A stretch of 64,000 nt of DNA from Octopus vulgaris (taxonomy: Eukaryota). Positions 1-10,490 of this stretch are shown here, piece after piece. Position 1 is the stretch's first letter. The number at the start of each line of letters is the position of its first letter. The notes beneath the pieces were generated by a model. That model was not told the origin of the DNA, searched no databases, and worked only from the letters and a program-made list of their open reading frames with translations. The stretch covers positions 186,062,001 to 186,126,000 of the forward strand of contig OX597815.1 of NCBI GenBank assembly GCA_951406725.2, in the 5' to 3' direction. Position numbers and translations under genes: made by a program.

Positions 1-147
1 CGAGGTTGACTTTGCCTTTCATCCTTTCGGGGTCGATAAATAAAGTACCAGTTATACGCACTGGGGTCGATATAATCGACTTAGTCCCTTTGTCTGTTTT
101 TGTTTGTCCTCTCTCTGTTTAGCCCCTTGTGGGCAATAAAGAAAAAT
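1..147 (+). mobile_element. SINE family B, 3' portion (truncated by window edge)
   Basis: cgaggttgactttgcctttcatcctttcggggtcgataaa...agccccttgtggg matches the fuller copies at 46470-46697 and 47532-48179. Confidence 0.85.
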
Positions 148-1100
148 ATTTTGGCAGTCCTATTATTTTTAAGTCCTTTTAATCGTAGATAACTTTTTGA
201 TTCTTATACACTTCGCAGTTTAATATTTTTAATTTTTGCTACTTTACAGTACAGCCAGCAATTTAACTTAGATTAGGCATAAAATGCCTGAGCAAAAACA
301 TGCTGATTAAGAACATAATAATGAATAGGATACATAATTATGAAATATATCGTAAAGTTCAGAAATGTACTACATCTACACTAATCCTCATTAAGATACG
401 AACATAGTTACATGTAGTAACGCTTTCATATCTTAATTAGAAATATTTCCAACACGACGTACATAATCATTAACATTCATCAATAATTTAAACAAAGAGC
501 AGATCATATTATTGGCACCATAATATAATATTGTGTCAATATCTCTTAATGTCAATTAAAGCAAACGGACAACGATGCCAGCAATAAACAGCTGCGCTGA
601 CAAATTTCTCAAACTTGACAGACGCTTTCACACAATTCTAAATAGTAATTTGTATCGACAAACGACCCCAATCAAAGGTCTTTTGCTGTTTAAAGCAAAC
701 TCTTCGACTTCTTTTCATGGCTTGTATACAGTTTTTAGTCTTTGATACATAATGCAAGATTTACCAACCAATTAGATGTTCCATATCGAAACTGTATACT
801 TCACGGTAAAGATGCAGCGGAAAGGAACCAGGTTATGCAGTCAGAGTAAGAATGGAATTGAATTCGACAATAACAATGGAATTTGATTCTATAGATATTT
901 TATAACAGTTTTCTAATCAAAAATCTAGAAGCAAAATTCTAGTTAGAAACACACTGTTTTCGTGTTACGGAAATTTGATTCTACATATAAATGCTATTTC
1001 GAGTTGATGACTGGATATATTTTGTATGATACAAAGTCTTCCTAGCAGCATTATTTACATTATTTACATTGAATGGATATGTGTTCTCAGCTTGTTTGTT

Positions 1101-1146
1101 GTTACCACAACGTTTCGGCTGATTTACTCTCCAGCCTTCATCAGGC
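1101..1146 (-). ncRNA. Minimal type I hammerhead ribozyme motif
   Basis: Minus strand reads CTGATGA-a-GGCTG-gagagtaaat-CAGCC-GAAACGTT-gtgg: CUGANGA core, 5-bp stem II, GAAA, palindromic ACGU stem III. The 5' half of stem I is lost at the inversion point. Confidence 0.65.
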
Positions 1147-1165
1147 TGGGTTCAAATTTCTACCA

Positions 1166-1213
1166 GGACACCTGATGAAAGCTGGAGAGCAAATGAGCCG
1201 AAACGTTGTAATA
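1166..1213 (+). ncRNA. Minimal type I hammerhead ribozyme motif (stem II partly decayed)
   Basis: ggacac-CTGATGA-aagctg...tgagcc-GAAACGTT-gt. Confidence 0.55.
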
Positions 1214-1460
1214 ACAACAAACAAGATGAAGATACATATCCGCCCAATGTAAATAATATAAATAATGTACAGAATTCTTCGTCTCTAAAATATAGAACAG
1301 TTTTCCTATCGAGTTTTGCTAATTTATTCCGCTTCTTTAGAGTAGTGTTATAACTACAAATTGATGCTGAAGTAGCGAATATTATTATTTTGTAATACTT
1401 TAGTATGTATATATAAATTTAATTCTGCTTTTAGATAACAGTCCAATGCACCTATAATTT

Positions 1461-1663
1461 ACTTACTCTTTTACTTGTTTCAGTCATTTGACTGCGGCCA
1501 TGCTGGAGCACCGCCTTTAGTCGAGCAAATCGACCCCAGGACTTATTCTTTGTAAGCCCAGTACTTATTCTATCGGTCGCATTTGCCGAACCGCTAACTT
1601 ACGGGGACGTAAACACACCAGCATCGGTTGTCAAACAATGCTAGGGGGACAAACACAGACACA

Positions 1664-1755
<92 letters not shown>
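1461..1755 (-). mobile_element. SINE family A (tRNA-derived, CORE-like), 3' half, split by LINE insertion
   Basis: Matches the 3' half of intact copies (e.g. 12148-12552) and ends in the internal (CA)n(TA)n tract. Confidence 0.9.
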
Positions 1756-1758
<3 letters not shown>

Positions 1759-1843
1759 CTTAGAATAACTTAGAAAGGTTTTTGGTCAGTATTGGCCCAG
1801 GCCATGTCTAACTTAATAGCACCACCTGGCGAAGTCTTTCAGT

Positions 1844-4800
1844 TCAGGATTTGGGCACCAAGGCCCATTCGAGCAGAGAGTTATTGTTTGCGAAGACATA
1901 TCCGGGTGTGGGTGGTTTGTCCGGTACTGTTTGAAGGAATTTGTCCAAAGACTTCTTGAATTTTGTGTGGTCAGTTTCTTTTTTGACGTGTCCTGGTGTA
2001 ATGTTGAAGAGAGCGGGTCCAATTGAGGTGAAATAGTTGTGCCGTATTGTCGTTATGTGATGCGATTTAGATTTTTGTTGTGGACGGATGGCACGTGGTC
2101 CAAGCCTTGGATGCATTTTGAAGGTGATGCCAACATCATTCGGACAGTGCTGATGGAATATTTTCCACATCATACAGATAATGTAGCGTTCACGGCGTCG
2201 TTGGAGTGAATACAATTTCAGCTTCTCTAGTCTACCCCAGTAGTCAAGGTCTGACATGCCATCTATCTTTTTTGTGATTGACCTTTGGGGAGCTTCAATT
2301 CTCATAATATTTTGTTTTGTGTAGGGAGACCACAGTGGACAGCAGTATTCAAGGTGGGGTCGGGCAAAAGTGGAGAAGAGAAGGATAATAGCGTGGGAAT
2401 CTCTCGACTGGAAGGTTCTGAGAATCCAGGAACACATTCTGCGGGCCATGTCAACTTTGCTGCTTATATGTGTAGCCCAGCTTATGTTGTTGTCCACTGT
2501 TACTCCCAGGTCTCTGATGTTGTTGGATGCCATGAGAATTTCTCCAGAAGGAAGAGAGTATGGGAGTTTCAGAGCGTCCTCCCTTCCAAAGTGGATCAGT
2601 TCGAATTTGTCTTCATTTAGCAACATGTTATTCTTTTCCGCCCATTGGACAACAGCCAGTAGGTCTGACTGAAGGTTTATTCGGTCATCCACGCCATTGA
2701 TGACCTTCTGGAGCTTGGAATCATCAGCGAAGGTTCTGATGTTACTGTGTTTGATGGTGTCAGTAATATCATTTATGTAGATGATGAAGAGAAGTGGGCC
2801 CAACACAGTGCCTTGTGGGACACCACTGCTGACTTTGGCTGGGCTGGATTTGACTCCTTCGACTACAACATGTTGGGTTCTGTTAGACAGGAAGCACTTG
2901 ATCCATTGCAGCAGCTTTCCAGTGACACCAATATTGGACAGCTTTCTCAGAAGGATCTTATGATCAACCCTGTCAAAGGCCTTGCTGAAATCAAGGTAGA
3001 TGACATCAGTGTTGGAACCTTCTCCCAAGGCTCTCAAAATGTCATCAAAATGATGCAGTAGCTGCGTCAGGCAATCTCTCCCATTACGGAATCCATGCTG
3101 GTTGGGGTTCAGCATATTATGACTCTCAAGGAAGTGAGTCATACGCGATCTCAGCACCCTCTCAAATACCTTGATGATATGAGAGGTGAGTGAGATTGGA
3201 CGGTAATTCACGGCAAGCGATTTGTTTCCTTTTTTGAAAACTGGGACAACAGACTGGGATAGAAGGTCTTCTGGTATATATCCAGCATCCAGTGAGTTCC
3301 GCCACAGATTGGCTAGAGGGGGTGCAAGTTGGTTTTGACACATCTTCAAGACACAAGCAGGGAACCTATCGGGACCTACTGCTGAATTATGCTTCATTTC
3401 CTTTATTGCTGCTAAGACATCAGGAGCGCCAAATGTTATGTCCGATAAAGTGTATTGGGGAGTAACATCACTGATACAGCCCAGATCAGTCATATCAGGA
3501 TTGCTGAAAACAGAGCAATATTGTTTCTGCAATATCTCTCCCATGGTTTTGGCATTGTCTTGAAGAGTACCATTTTCATCAATCAGAGGGCCAACAGTAG
3601 AACCAGTGACTCTGTGTTTTTTTGCAAATGAAAAGAACACTTTGGGATTGAGTTTGATCTTCTCAATGGCCCAGGCCTCTTCAGCTCTTCGCTGACTATT
3701 GATGATAGACATCATGTTGTTTTGGAGTTTATGTTTTTTAATCTCTAGCGACGAGATGGCAGTCAGGTTGGTGTGTTGCTGTTGACAGTATTTCAGCATG
3801 TTGATCTTTTTGTTGATTCTTTTAATTTTCCTTATGAGAGATTTTCTATTTCTAGGGATTCGACACTTAGATTTGTTTGCAGATCTTAATGGGGTGTGTC
3901 TTGCACATATGTTCGTGATGGTGTCTACAAGTGACTGCCAGGACTTTTTGATGTTAGTGGGTGTGTATGTGTGCGTGAAGGACCAATCGACTTGTGCAAG
4001 ATCATTATTGATCGCTTCCCAGTTTGCATTGTGGAAATCCATAGTGTCAAATGGATGAACAGGAGGGATGACATTTGTTTTGCATTTTGGCCAGTGAAAT
4101 CTCAGATCACAGAGAACCATGTCATGGTCGGAGAGTAGGGTTTTCTCCACTGCAACATTGTGGATAGTATCAGTGTGATTGCTGAAAATTAAGTCTAAGA
4201 CGTTTTTGTGACATCTCGTTGGTTCGAGTACCAGTTGGGACAAGAAGAAGTCATCCATGAAGTCAAGAAGCGATTCCACTGCCTCCCTGTCAGGGGTTGA
4301 GAGAGAAGAACCTGGCGGCAGACTGTTTGTAGACCAGTCAACCCCGGGAAGGTTGAAGTCTCCCATCATTAAAATGTTGTCAGGTTGACACTGCTGAATG
4401 AAACACTTTATGCTGTTGAGGCATTCCTTGAAGCATGGTAGGGGCGTTTGGGGTGGTCTGTAGAGCCCAACTACTGTTAAGTTGTTGGTTTGACTGAATA
4501 CAGCGACTGCTTCGCAGTATCCATTGGAAAATATGTTCATGGCTTCTGTTGAGAATGAATCATGGACATAAATGGCAGTCCCACCCTTTCTTCTGCCAGC
4601 ACGATCAGCACGAATGGTTTTGAAATTTTTGACTTTCACCTCGGCTTCCAAGTGGAGGTCACTAAGATGGGTTTCAGTGAGGACGAAGAAAGGGATGTGG
4701 TTTGGATGGGCCTCGACCCAGTCCTCCAGGAATCTTATCTTCCATTTTTGTGTATTGGTGGAAGGGCTGATGCCTTGGGCATTAAGCAGAAATGTTGAGG

Positions 4801-4951
4801 CGAGAGTGGATGGTTTTAATTGTTTTGGTGATTTGTTTATTTGATTGCTTTTTAATGGTATGTGCAGTGGGGTAATAGTGGTGGATGGTGGTGGGTGATA
4901 GCTCGGATGTTTTTTTCCAGTTCTTTTGCTAGATTCATTATAGCTAAAAAA
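1844..4951 (-). CDS. LINE ORF2: AP endonuclease + reverse transcriptase
   Basis: 935-aa track ORF has APE motifs (RADRAGRRKGGTAIY, YRPP, GDFN, LDLIF, SDHD) and RT motifs (NYRPISL, QHGFR, YLDFSKAFD, GVPQG, FADD). The frame stays open upstream to 4975 and includes the APE N-terminus (FLLNAQG...FVLTETHL) with no in-frame AUG there. End given at the putative slippery site. Confidence 0.93.
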   Translation of the reverse strand, partial: FFSYNESSKRTGKKHPSYHPPPSTTITPLHIPLKSNQINKSPKQLKPSTLASTFLLNAQGISPSTNTQKWKIRFLEDWVEAHPNHIPFFVLTETHLSDLHLEAEVKVKNFKTIRADRAGRRKGGTAIYVHDSFSTEAMNIFSNGYCEAVAVFSQTNNLTVVGLYRPPQTPLPCFKECLNSIKCFIQQCQPDNILMMGDFNLPGVDWSTNSLPPGSSLSTPDREAVESLLDFMDDFFLSQLVLEPTRCHKNVLDLIFSNHTDTIHNVAVEKTLLSDHDMVLCDLRFHWPKCKTNVIPPVHPFDTMDFHNANWEAINNDLAQVDWSFTHTYTPTNIKKSWQSLVDTITNICARHTPLRSANKSKCRIPRNRKSLIRKIKRINKKINMLKYCQQQHTNLTAISSLEIKKHKLQNNMMSIINSQRRAEEAWAIEKIKLNPKVFFSFAKKHRVTGSTVGPLIDENGTLQDNAKTMGEILQKQYCSVFSNPDMTDLGCISDVTPQYTLSDITFGAPDVLAAIKEMKHNSAVGPDRFPACVLKMCQNQLAPPLANLWRNSLDAGYIPEDLLSQSVVPVFKKGNKSLAVNYRPISLTSHIIKVFERVLRSRMTHFLESHNMLNPNQHGFRNGRDCLTQLLHHFDDILRALGEGSNTDVIYLDFSKAFDRVDHKILLRKLSNIGVTGKLLQWIKCFLSNRTQHVVVEGVKSSPAKVSSGVPQGTVLGPLLFIIYINDITDTIKHSNIRTFADDSKLQKVINGVDDRINLQSDLLAVVQWAEKNNMLLNEDKFELIHFGREDALKLPYSLPSGEILMASNNIRDLGVTVDNNISWATHISSKVDMARRMCSWILRTFQSRDSHAIILLFSTFARPHLEYCCPLWSPYTKQNIMRIEAPQRSITKKIDGMSDLDYWGRLEKLKLYSLQRRRERYIICMMWKIFHQHCPNDVGITFKMHPRLGPRAIRPQQKSKSHHITTIRHNYFTSIGPALFNITPGHVKKETDHTKFKKSLDKFLQTVPDKPPTPGYVFANNNSLLEWALVPKS

Positions 4952-5866
4952 GAGGAAGAAGAGGTGGTTTCCTGTCTAGGGAACCGCAGGTGACTGTGGC
5001 CGCGGCTATTTTTATGTGAGTGGTTATCTTTAAATGTCCGACGAGTCCCCGGGAGATGGGTAAAGGGGCAATCCCTGTGCAAACACAATCTGTCTCGCTG
5101 GGAATAGCGGCAGATTTGGGGATTCCTTGTTTGAGATATTGGTGGTTGTGGTGATGTTGTATTATGGTGGTTGCTGTTGTAGTTTGTGGGGATAGAGCGT
5201 TTTGTTCCAGGTAAATGGGTGAATTTGCAGTCTCTATCAGTGCACAGTCTATGGCGAAGAGAATATCGGCAAATGATGGGGTTTCGAGTGGGTGTGTAGG
5301 TGCGTGTGTGAGTTGTGAAAGGTGTAGATGATAGTTTGTTGAAGTTTTGGCGACCTTTGTGACCTGTAGGAGGTAAATTCCTTGAGATAGCATTAGTAGT
5401 AGTTGTAGTAGTAGTAGGTAGAAGAGATGTTGACAGTGGTAATGATTGAGGAGGTCGATTCCAAGACAAAGATGTTTGTCGATACATAGTGGGTGTAGTA
5501 CTAGTAGTAGTAAGCAGAGGAGATGGTGTTGACAATGATGATGATTGAGCTGCTGGGGCAGTGAAAGGAAGGGGTGGTGCTTCCTGCTGTGTGACCCTGA
5601 TGACTGGGGGGGTCAATCGTTTCGTTTAGCAAATCGGCCATTGTAGATGAATCAAGGAGTGGTTCAACCTGTTGTTGTTGCTGTATCTGTTGTTGTTGTT
5701 GCCGCTTAGTTTGTTGTTGTTGTTGTCGCTGAGGTTGTTGCTGCTGAAGTTGTTGTTGTTGCTGTAGCTGTTGTTGTTGTTGCCGCTGAGTTTGTTGTTG
5801 TTGAGGTTGTTGTTGTTGTTGTTGTTGTTGTTGTTGCGCCGTGATGCGTTCGAAGAGAAAACACAT
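4852..5866 (-). CDS. LINE ORF1: poly-Q / S-T-P-rich N-terminus and two CCCH-type zinc fingers (1-bp frameshift in C7 run at 5606-5612)
   Basis: CRYSLRHRLCTDRDCKFTH and CRYSQRDRLCLHRDCPFTH (C-x8-C-x4-C-x3-H) lie in ORF 4852..5616. Removing one C joins it to the upstream frame MCFLFERITA-polyQ-...MADLLNETIDP. Confidence 0.75.
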
Positions 5867-5903
5867 CTCAGTTTATCGAAGTGTTTATTTATTAATTTAA
5901 AAG

Positions 5904-6090
5904 CATATATATATATATACATATATACGACAGGCTTCTTTCAGTTTCCGTCAACCAAATCCACTCACGAGGCATTGGTCGGCCCGGGGCTATGGTAGAA
6001 GACACTTGCCCAAGGTGCCACGCAGTGGGACTGAACCCGGAACCATGTGGTTGGTTAGCAAGCTACTTACCACACAGCCACTCCTGCGCC
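5904..6090 (-). mobile_element. SINE family A, 5' half (tRNA-like head)
   Basis: ggcgcaggagtggctgtgtggtaag (A-box-like), ggttcagtccc (B-box-like), accttgggcaagtgtctt (CORE-like). Confidence 0.9.
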
Positions 6091-6386
6091 TATTACATAA
6101 ATTTTTATGTAATTTATATGTGTGGTTTTTCAGTGTAATTTGTAAGTTCTGAAATATTCTTAAGTCTGCCGGCGACCATATTTTCTTTATCTCTTTTTCT
6201 TTTTCTCGTTGTAATCTCAAGATATTTGTGTGTGTTTTTATCATTAATTTTCGCTTTTCCAAGAGTATCATGGCGCGTATTTGTTAGCCCAACGTTTTAG
6301 CAATTCTTTTCGGAAATATATGCACGCTCTGTAAAAAGAGTCTCTTGTTGGTTATCATCTCATCTGCAATGTACAACTAGAGGCCG

Positions 6387-6714
6387 TATGTATGTATGTA
6401 TGTATGTATGTATGTATGTATGTATGTATGTATGTATGTATGTATGTATGTATGTATGTATGTATGCATGCATTGTATGTATGTATTGTATGTATGTATG
6501 TATGTACGTATGCATGCATGCATGCATGTATGTATGTATTGTATGTATTGTATGTATGTATTGTATGTATGTATTGTATGCATGTATTGTATGTATGTAT
6601 TGTATGTATGTATTGTATGTATTGTATGTATGTATTGTATGTATGTATGTATGTATGTATTGTATGTATGTATTGTATGTATGTATTGTATGTATGTATT
6701 GTATGTATGTATTG

Positions 6715-6745
<31 letters not shown>

Positions 6746-6905
6746 GTATGTATGTATGTGTATGTATGTATGTATTGTATGTATGTATTGTATGTATGTA
6801 TGTAAGTATGTATGTATGTATGTATTGTATGTATGTATTGTATGTATGTATTGTATGTATGTAGTGTATGTATGTATGCATGTATGCATGCATGTATGTA
6901 TGTAT
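6387..6905. repeat. Compound (TATG)n / (TATGTATGTAT)-type microsatellite
   Basis: Visible directly in the sequence. Confidence 0.95.
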
Positions 6906-9269
6906 TTCCCCATAACCTTATGCCTACCTGTTACATCTATAATGATAAGCACGAAATTCTGTTTGTCCGGGATCCCTGTATCGCAGTCTACATTCGCTCT
7001 ACATATTATACCTTTTTTGGAATCAGGATGATCCCGGGATTGAAAATCTATCCTTCATTTGGTTCTTGAACATCCAGCATTGGAATATGATTTAAAAGCA
7101 TTTGGGTTACTATTTCTAGCAGGTAAAGAGTGGCTGATTCACGCCATTTTGGTTTACGTTTGTCAAATGACGTCAGAGATCAAAGGGGAGATAAATGACA
7201 TTCGCTTCGTTAATTTTACGTTGAGACAAGAACTTTGGTACAAATTGGCCATCTCCTGGCATCCAACTTAGGACCGGAACAATAGAATGATTGTATTACA
7301 GAATCGATCGTCATCTGTCCTTAACCTCTGATCAAACACCACCGGAGCATAGAGTCATTAGACACGTATTGTAGTCATGTAATTTATCTTCTGGACCGCA
7401 GCCCCAATTAGCCCTTTGTATGAGCCAACTAAAAAGTTCGCATGGTGTTCGGCCTTTAAGCAAGTACTTCAATAAATCTGGTATTTTATCATTTCTTCAT
7501 GCTTTCCACTTTTTCATCGTTTTCTAGCCTCTGCGCGCTTTCCTGGTAATTTCTCTGAGCATACAGCAGCCATACTAGCTTCAGGTGTTCCAGTTCCTTA
7601 CGATTCTTTCATCATCCACTGCCTTCCCCCGCAAATATTTCTAATTCTGTGGATGTTGGGTTTGCATTGATTTCAGGGTTTAGAACATGGGTTTTGATGG
7701 AAGTCACTTTGCTCCTGCGAAATCTTTCTCAATTTTACGAATAGAAATTTTGTGATTTAGCGCGGATCTGTTGTTTCCCACGTTCTTAGTTGCCAATGAT
7801 TTCCTTTATTTTTGTTATAATTGCCGCAGTATTTGTCACTCTACCTTTCTTGTTCCTTTGTATATTTTTGTTATCGATTTTTAAGGAGTGATGGAATTTT
7901 AAAGCTTCCTTTTATATTTATTTCCTCAATATTGCCTTATTTTATATTTATTTTCCTCAATATTTTCTTCATTTTATATTTATTTTTCCCAATATTTGCT
8001 TAAGTATTTATATTCCTATATAAATAGTTTTCATGGAACACACTTCTCTTTGTAACTACTATGGTTGCTGCATATATAATTTACTTTTTCCTAGTAATGT
8101 TCACTATTAAATCTTTCTCATACTGCTTTTTTACTTATATTTTAGCTTGTGTACTTCTGTTTCGCTACTTGCTATTCTACAGAACACCTACAGAATACTG
8201 AATAACAAGTGCCGACAGAGAACTACACATTTTTAAAAAGCTTTTTACTTTGTTTTGTACATGTAAAGTCTATCTTTGATGTTTACATTCTCAATGCTTT
8301 TAACTAGACTGTTTTAAATATCTTTATTCGCTTTTTTTTGCTTCTTAAATTTTTGTTCGTTGTTTATATATTTACAATGTTCTCGATCTTTTAAATGTTC
8401 TTTACCTATGTTTGATAACGTTCTCTTTTCAAGAATATTCTTTCTTGAATTAGCTGATCTATTTCGAGCCATATAAATGTCAGAAGAAGGCTTGTTTTAT
8501 GCTAGGTATTTCATATGTAGTATGGTGTGGTACTTTTATATTGGTGCTAGAGCGTAGTTACGAACTATGCATGTAAAACAGAAGGATATATATCTCACGT
8601 GAAGGCGAGTGGTTAAGGTGTCGCACTCAGGATCTAGTGATTCGGGTGTAGGAAGCCAAATTATTCCCTGCCCAGATGAAAACCGGCAATAGTTTGGCCC
8701 AGGAGAGAGTATACCCCTGGAGATAAACTATCCTAGGCCAAACTATATTTGTGGGTATAGAATAGCCTAGGCCAGAATATACCCATCTAACATGGTAGTC
8801 AATCACAAACGATGCTCATTAATGAATGTGAATCAGCAGAGTTGTGAACTGTGACTTGATTTTAACAGTAAATTGGTTGACTTTTCAATTTGTTATCAAG
8901 ACATGACAAATGTTTGCCATTTTTGTTTCGCTAAACGACCAATAACCGAGGATATTCGCCCCATTTAACTGAATCGGGGGTTCAAAATGGCGGCCACCAG
9001 ACAATAATGCAAGCAGGGGAGCAGAGTTTGCTGGTGCAAGTTGGGACGGGCAATTTTACAAGTTTTACATATTGCTTTTTATAATAAACATATTTACACT
9101 ATTTTATGAGCTCAAAAAATGGTTTCAAACCATTCCTGATATTCTAAATGCTATTTCTTAATAACTTAAAACAGATTTATTTAAAAATTATGCAACTTCA
9201 AGTTTGCCCACCAGGGGCAAAATAATTTAACATACTCAGACACACATCTGCTGGTTCTAACACCAAACT

Positions 9270-10411
9270 TTTTAGTAGAGATCCTACAATCACTGGTACT
9301 GTAGTCGCCTTGAGATGCCACATTTTTTCAATTTCTATTAACAAGCCTTTATATTTACTGATCTTGTCAAATTCTTTCGCCGCTATATTGTGATCGCAAG
9401 GAATACTCATGTCAATTAATAAACGCACCTTTTTTCTCTGATCTTTTATAATGATATCCAGTTTATTAGCTTTTATAGTTTTCTATGTATGTTCGGGGAA
9501 TTCCCAGAGAATCGACACATTTTCTCCCTCAATAACACCTTATTATATGCATTCAGCTCAGACTTCAGGACTGCTCGAACTCTTCTGTAACATTCCTTCC
9601 TAACCTTCTCTTTCATGCCTGTATGCTGGATACCAGAGCCTTCATGTATTCCTAGGTATTTATAGGTTTGTTCCTTCTCAAGTTCCTTTTTTACTGTTTT
9701 GGCATCTAATGCGATCGAACTTGAATTTACCAATTTCCCTTTCTTAAAAGTAGCTTTGGCACACTTTTCAAGGCCAAACTCCATCCCGATATCATCACTG
9801 AATCATTTTCACAGTTGTAGTAGTCCTTCAAGCTCTTCATCATCTTTGCCATATAGTTTTAAATCATCCATATAAAATAGATGGCATATTTTCCTGTTGT
9901 CAATTTTGTAGCCATACCCTGTTCTATTCAGTTCATTTGAGAGTGGTATTAGTGCTATGCAGAAAATGAATGGTGAAAGTGAGTCACCTTGGAAAATGCC
10001 ACAGTTTATGCTAATATTGTTTGGGCGCAATAATCCATTAGAATGATATAATTGGAGTTTCGTGTTCCATAGTGAAATATTATACTTTAAAAAACCTGAA
10101 ATCACAGGAGAAATTTTGAAAATTTCCAGCGATTTCAGAATCCACGAATGTGGTATGCTGTCAAAGGCTTTTTTATAATCAATCCATGAAGAGCTGAGAT
10201 TTCTGCACGTGTTATGGCTGTTCTCGAGGATGATGCGATCAATTAGGAGCTGATCTTTGCATCCGTATGAACCTCGTCTGCATCCTTTTTGTTCAGTGGG
10301 GAAGAGGTTATTCTCTTCCATAAACATCTATGTTTTCTCCACTAGAATAGGTGTCAAAATCTTATAGGTAGTAGACAAACGTTATAGGCCGGTAGATTTT
10401 TGGGTCTTTGG

Positions 10412-10412
<1 letters not shown>
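9270..10412 (-). pseudogene. R4/Dong-type RLE retrotransposon, second subfamily, RT and endonuclease fragments with deletions
   Basis: YRPIT, EQKGCRRGSYGCKDQL, WIDYKKAFDSIPH, GIFQGDSLSP, HLFYMDDLKLY, FGLEKCAK, YKYLG; C-terminal IDMSIP...ISKYKGL. Confidence 0.85.

Positions 10413-10487
<75 letters not shown>

Positions 10488-10490
<3 letters not shown>

Larger units (their letters stand above)
1051..1298. mobile_element. Fold-back (inverted pair) of a short hammerhead-bearing Penelope-like/retrozyme-like element
   Basis: 1051-1146 is the reverse complement of about 1170-1265; the same family recurs at about 42457-42935 and 45487-45622. Confidence 0.7.
1756..5903 (-). mobile_element. Apparently full-length non-LTR retrotransposon (CR1-group LINE)
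   Basis: Short 5' leader, ORF1, APE+RT ORF2 and short 3' UTR ending in (TTCTAAGTTA)2 at 1756-1775; (TA)n and the two halves of one SINE on either side. Confidence 0.92.

Noticed and set aside
2285-4844. Plus-strand ORFs overlapping LINE ORF2
   Set aside because: Antisense shadows of a long coding frame, with no motifs
5626-5922. Poly-asparagine ORF
   Set aside because: Alternative frame of the CAA tract; its start lies in the (TA)n flank and it stops before ORF1
6360-7069. ORFs of YVCM/HTYI repeats, and similar poly-I, poly-N, poly-L and YI ORFs across the window
   Set aside because: Stop-free translations of (TATG)n, (TA)n and (AAT)n microsatellites
6950-9230. Possible decayed L1/Tx1-like and DNA-transposon remnants
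   Set aside because: Only vague motif resemblance; family and boundaries cannot be supported by eye
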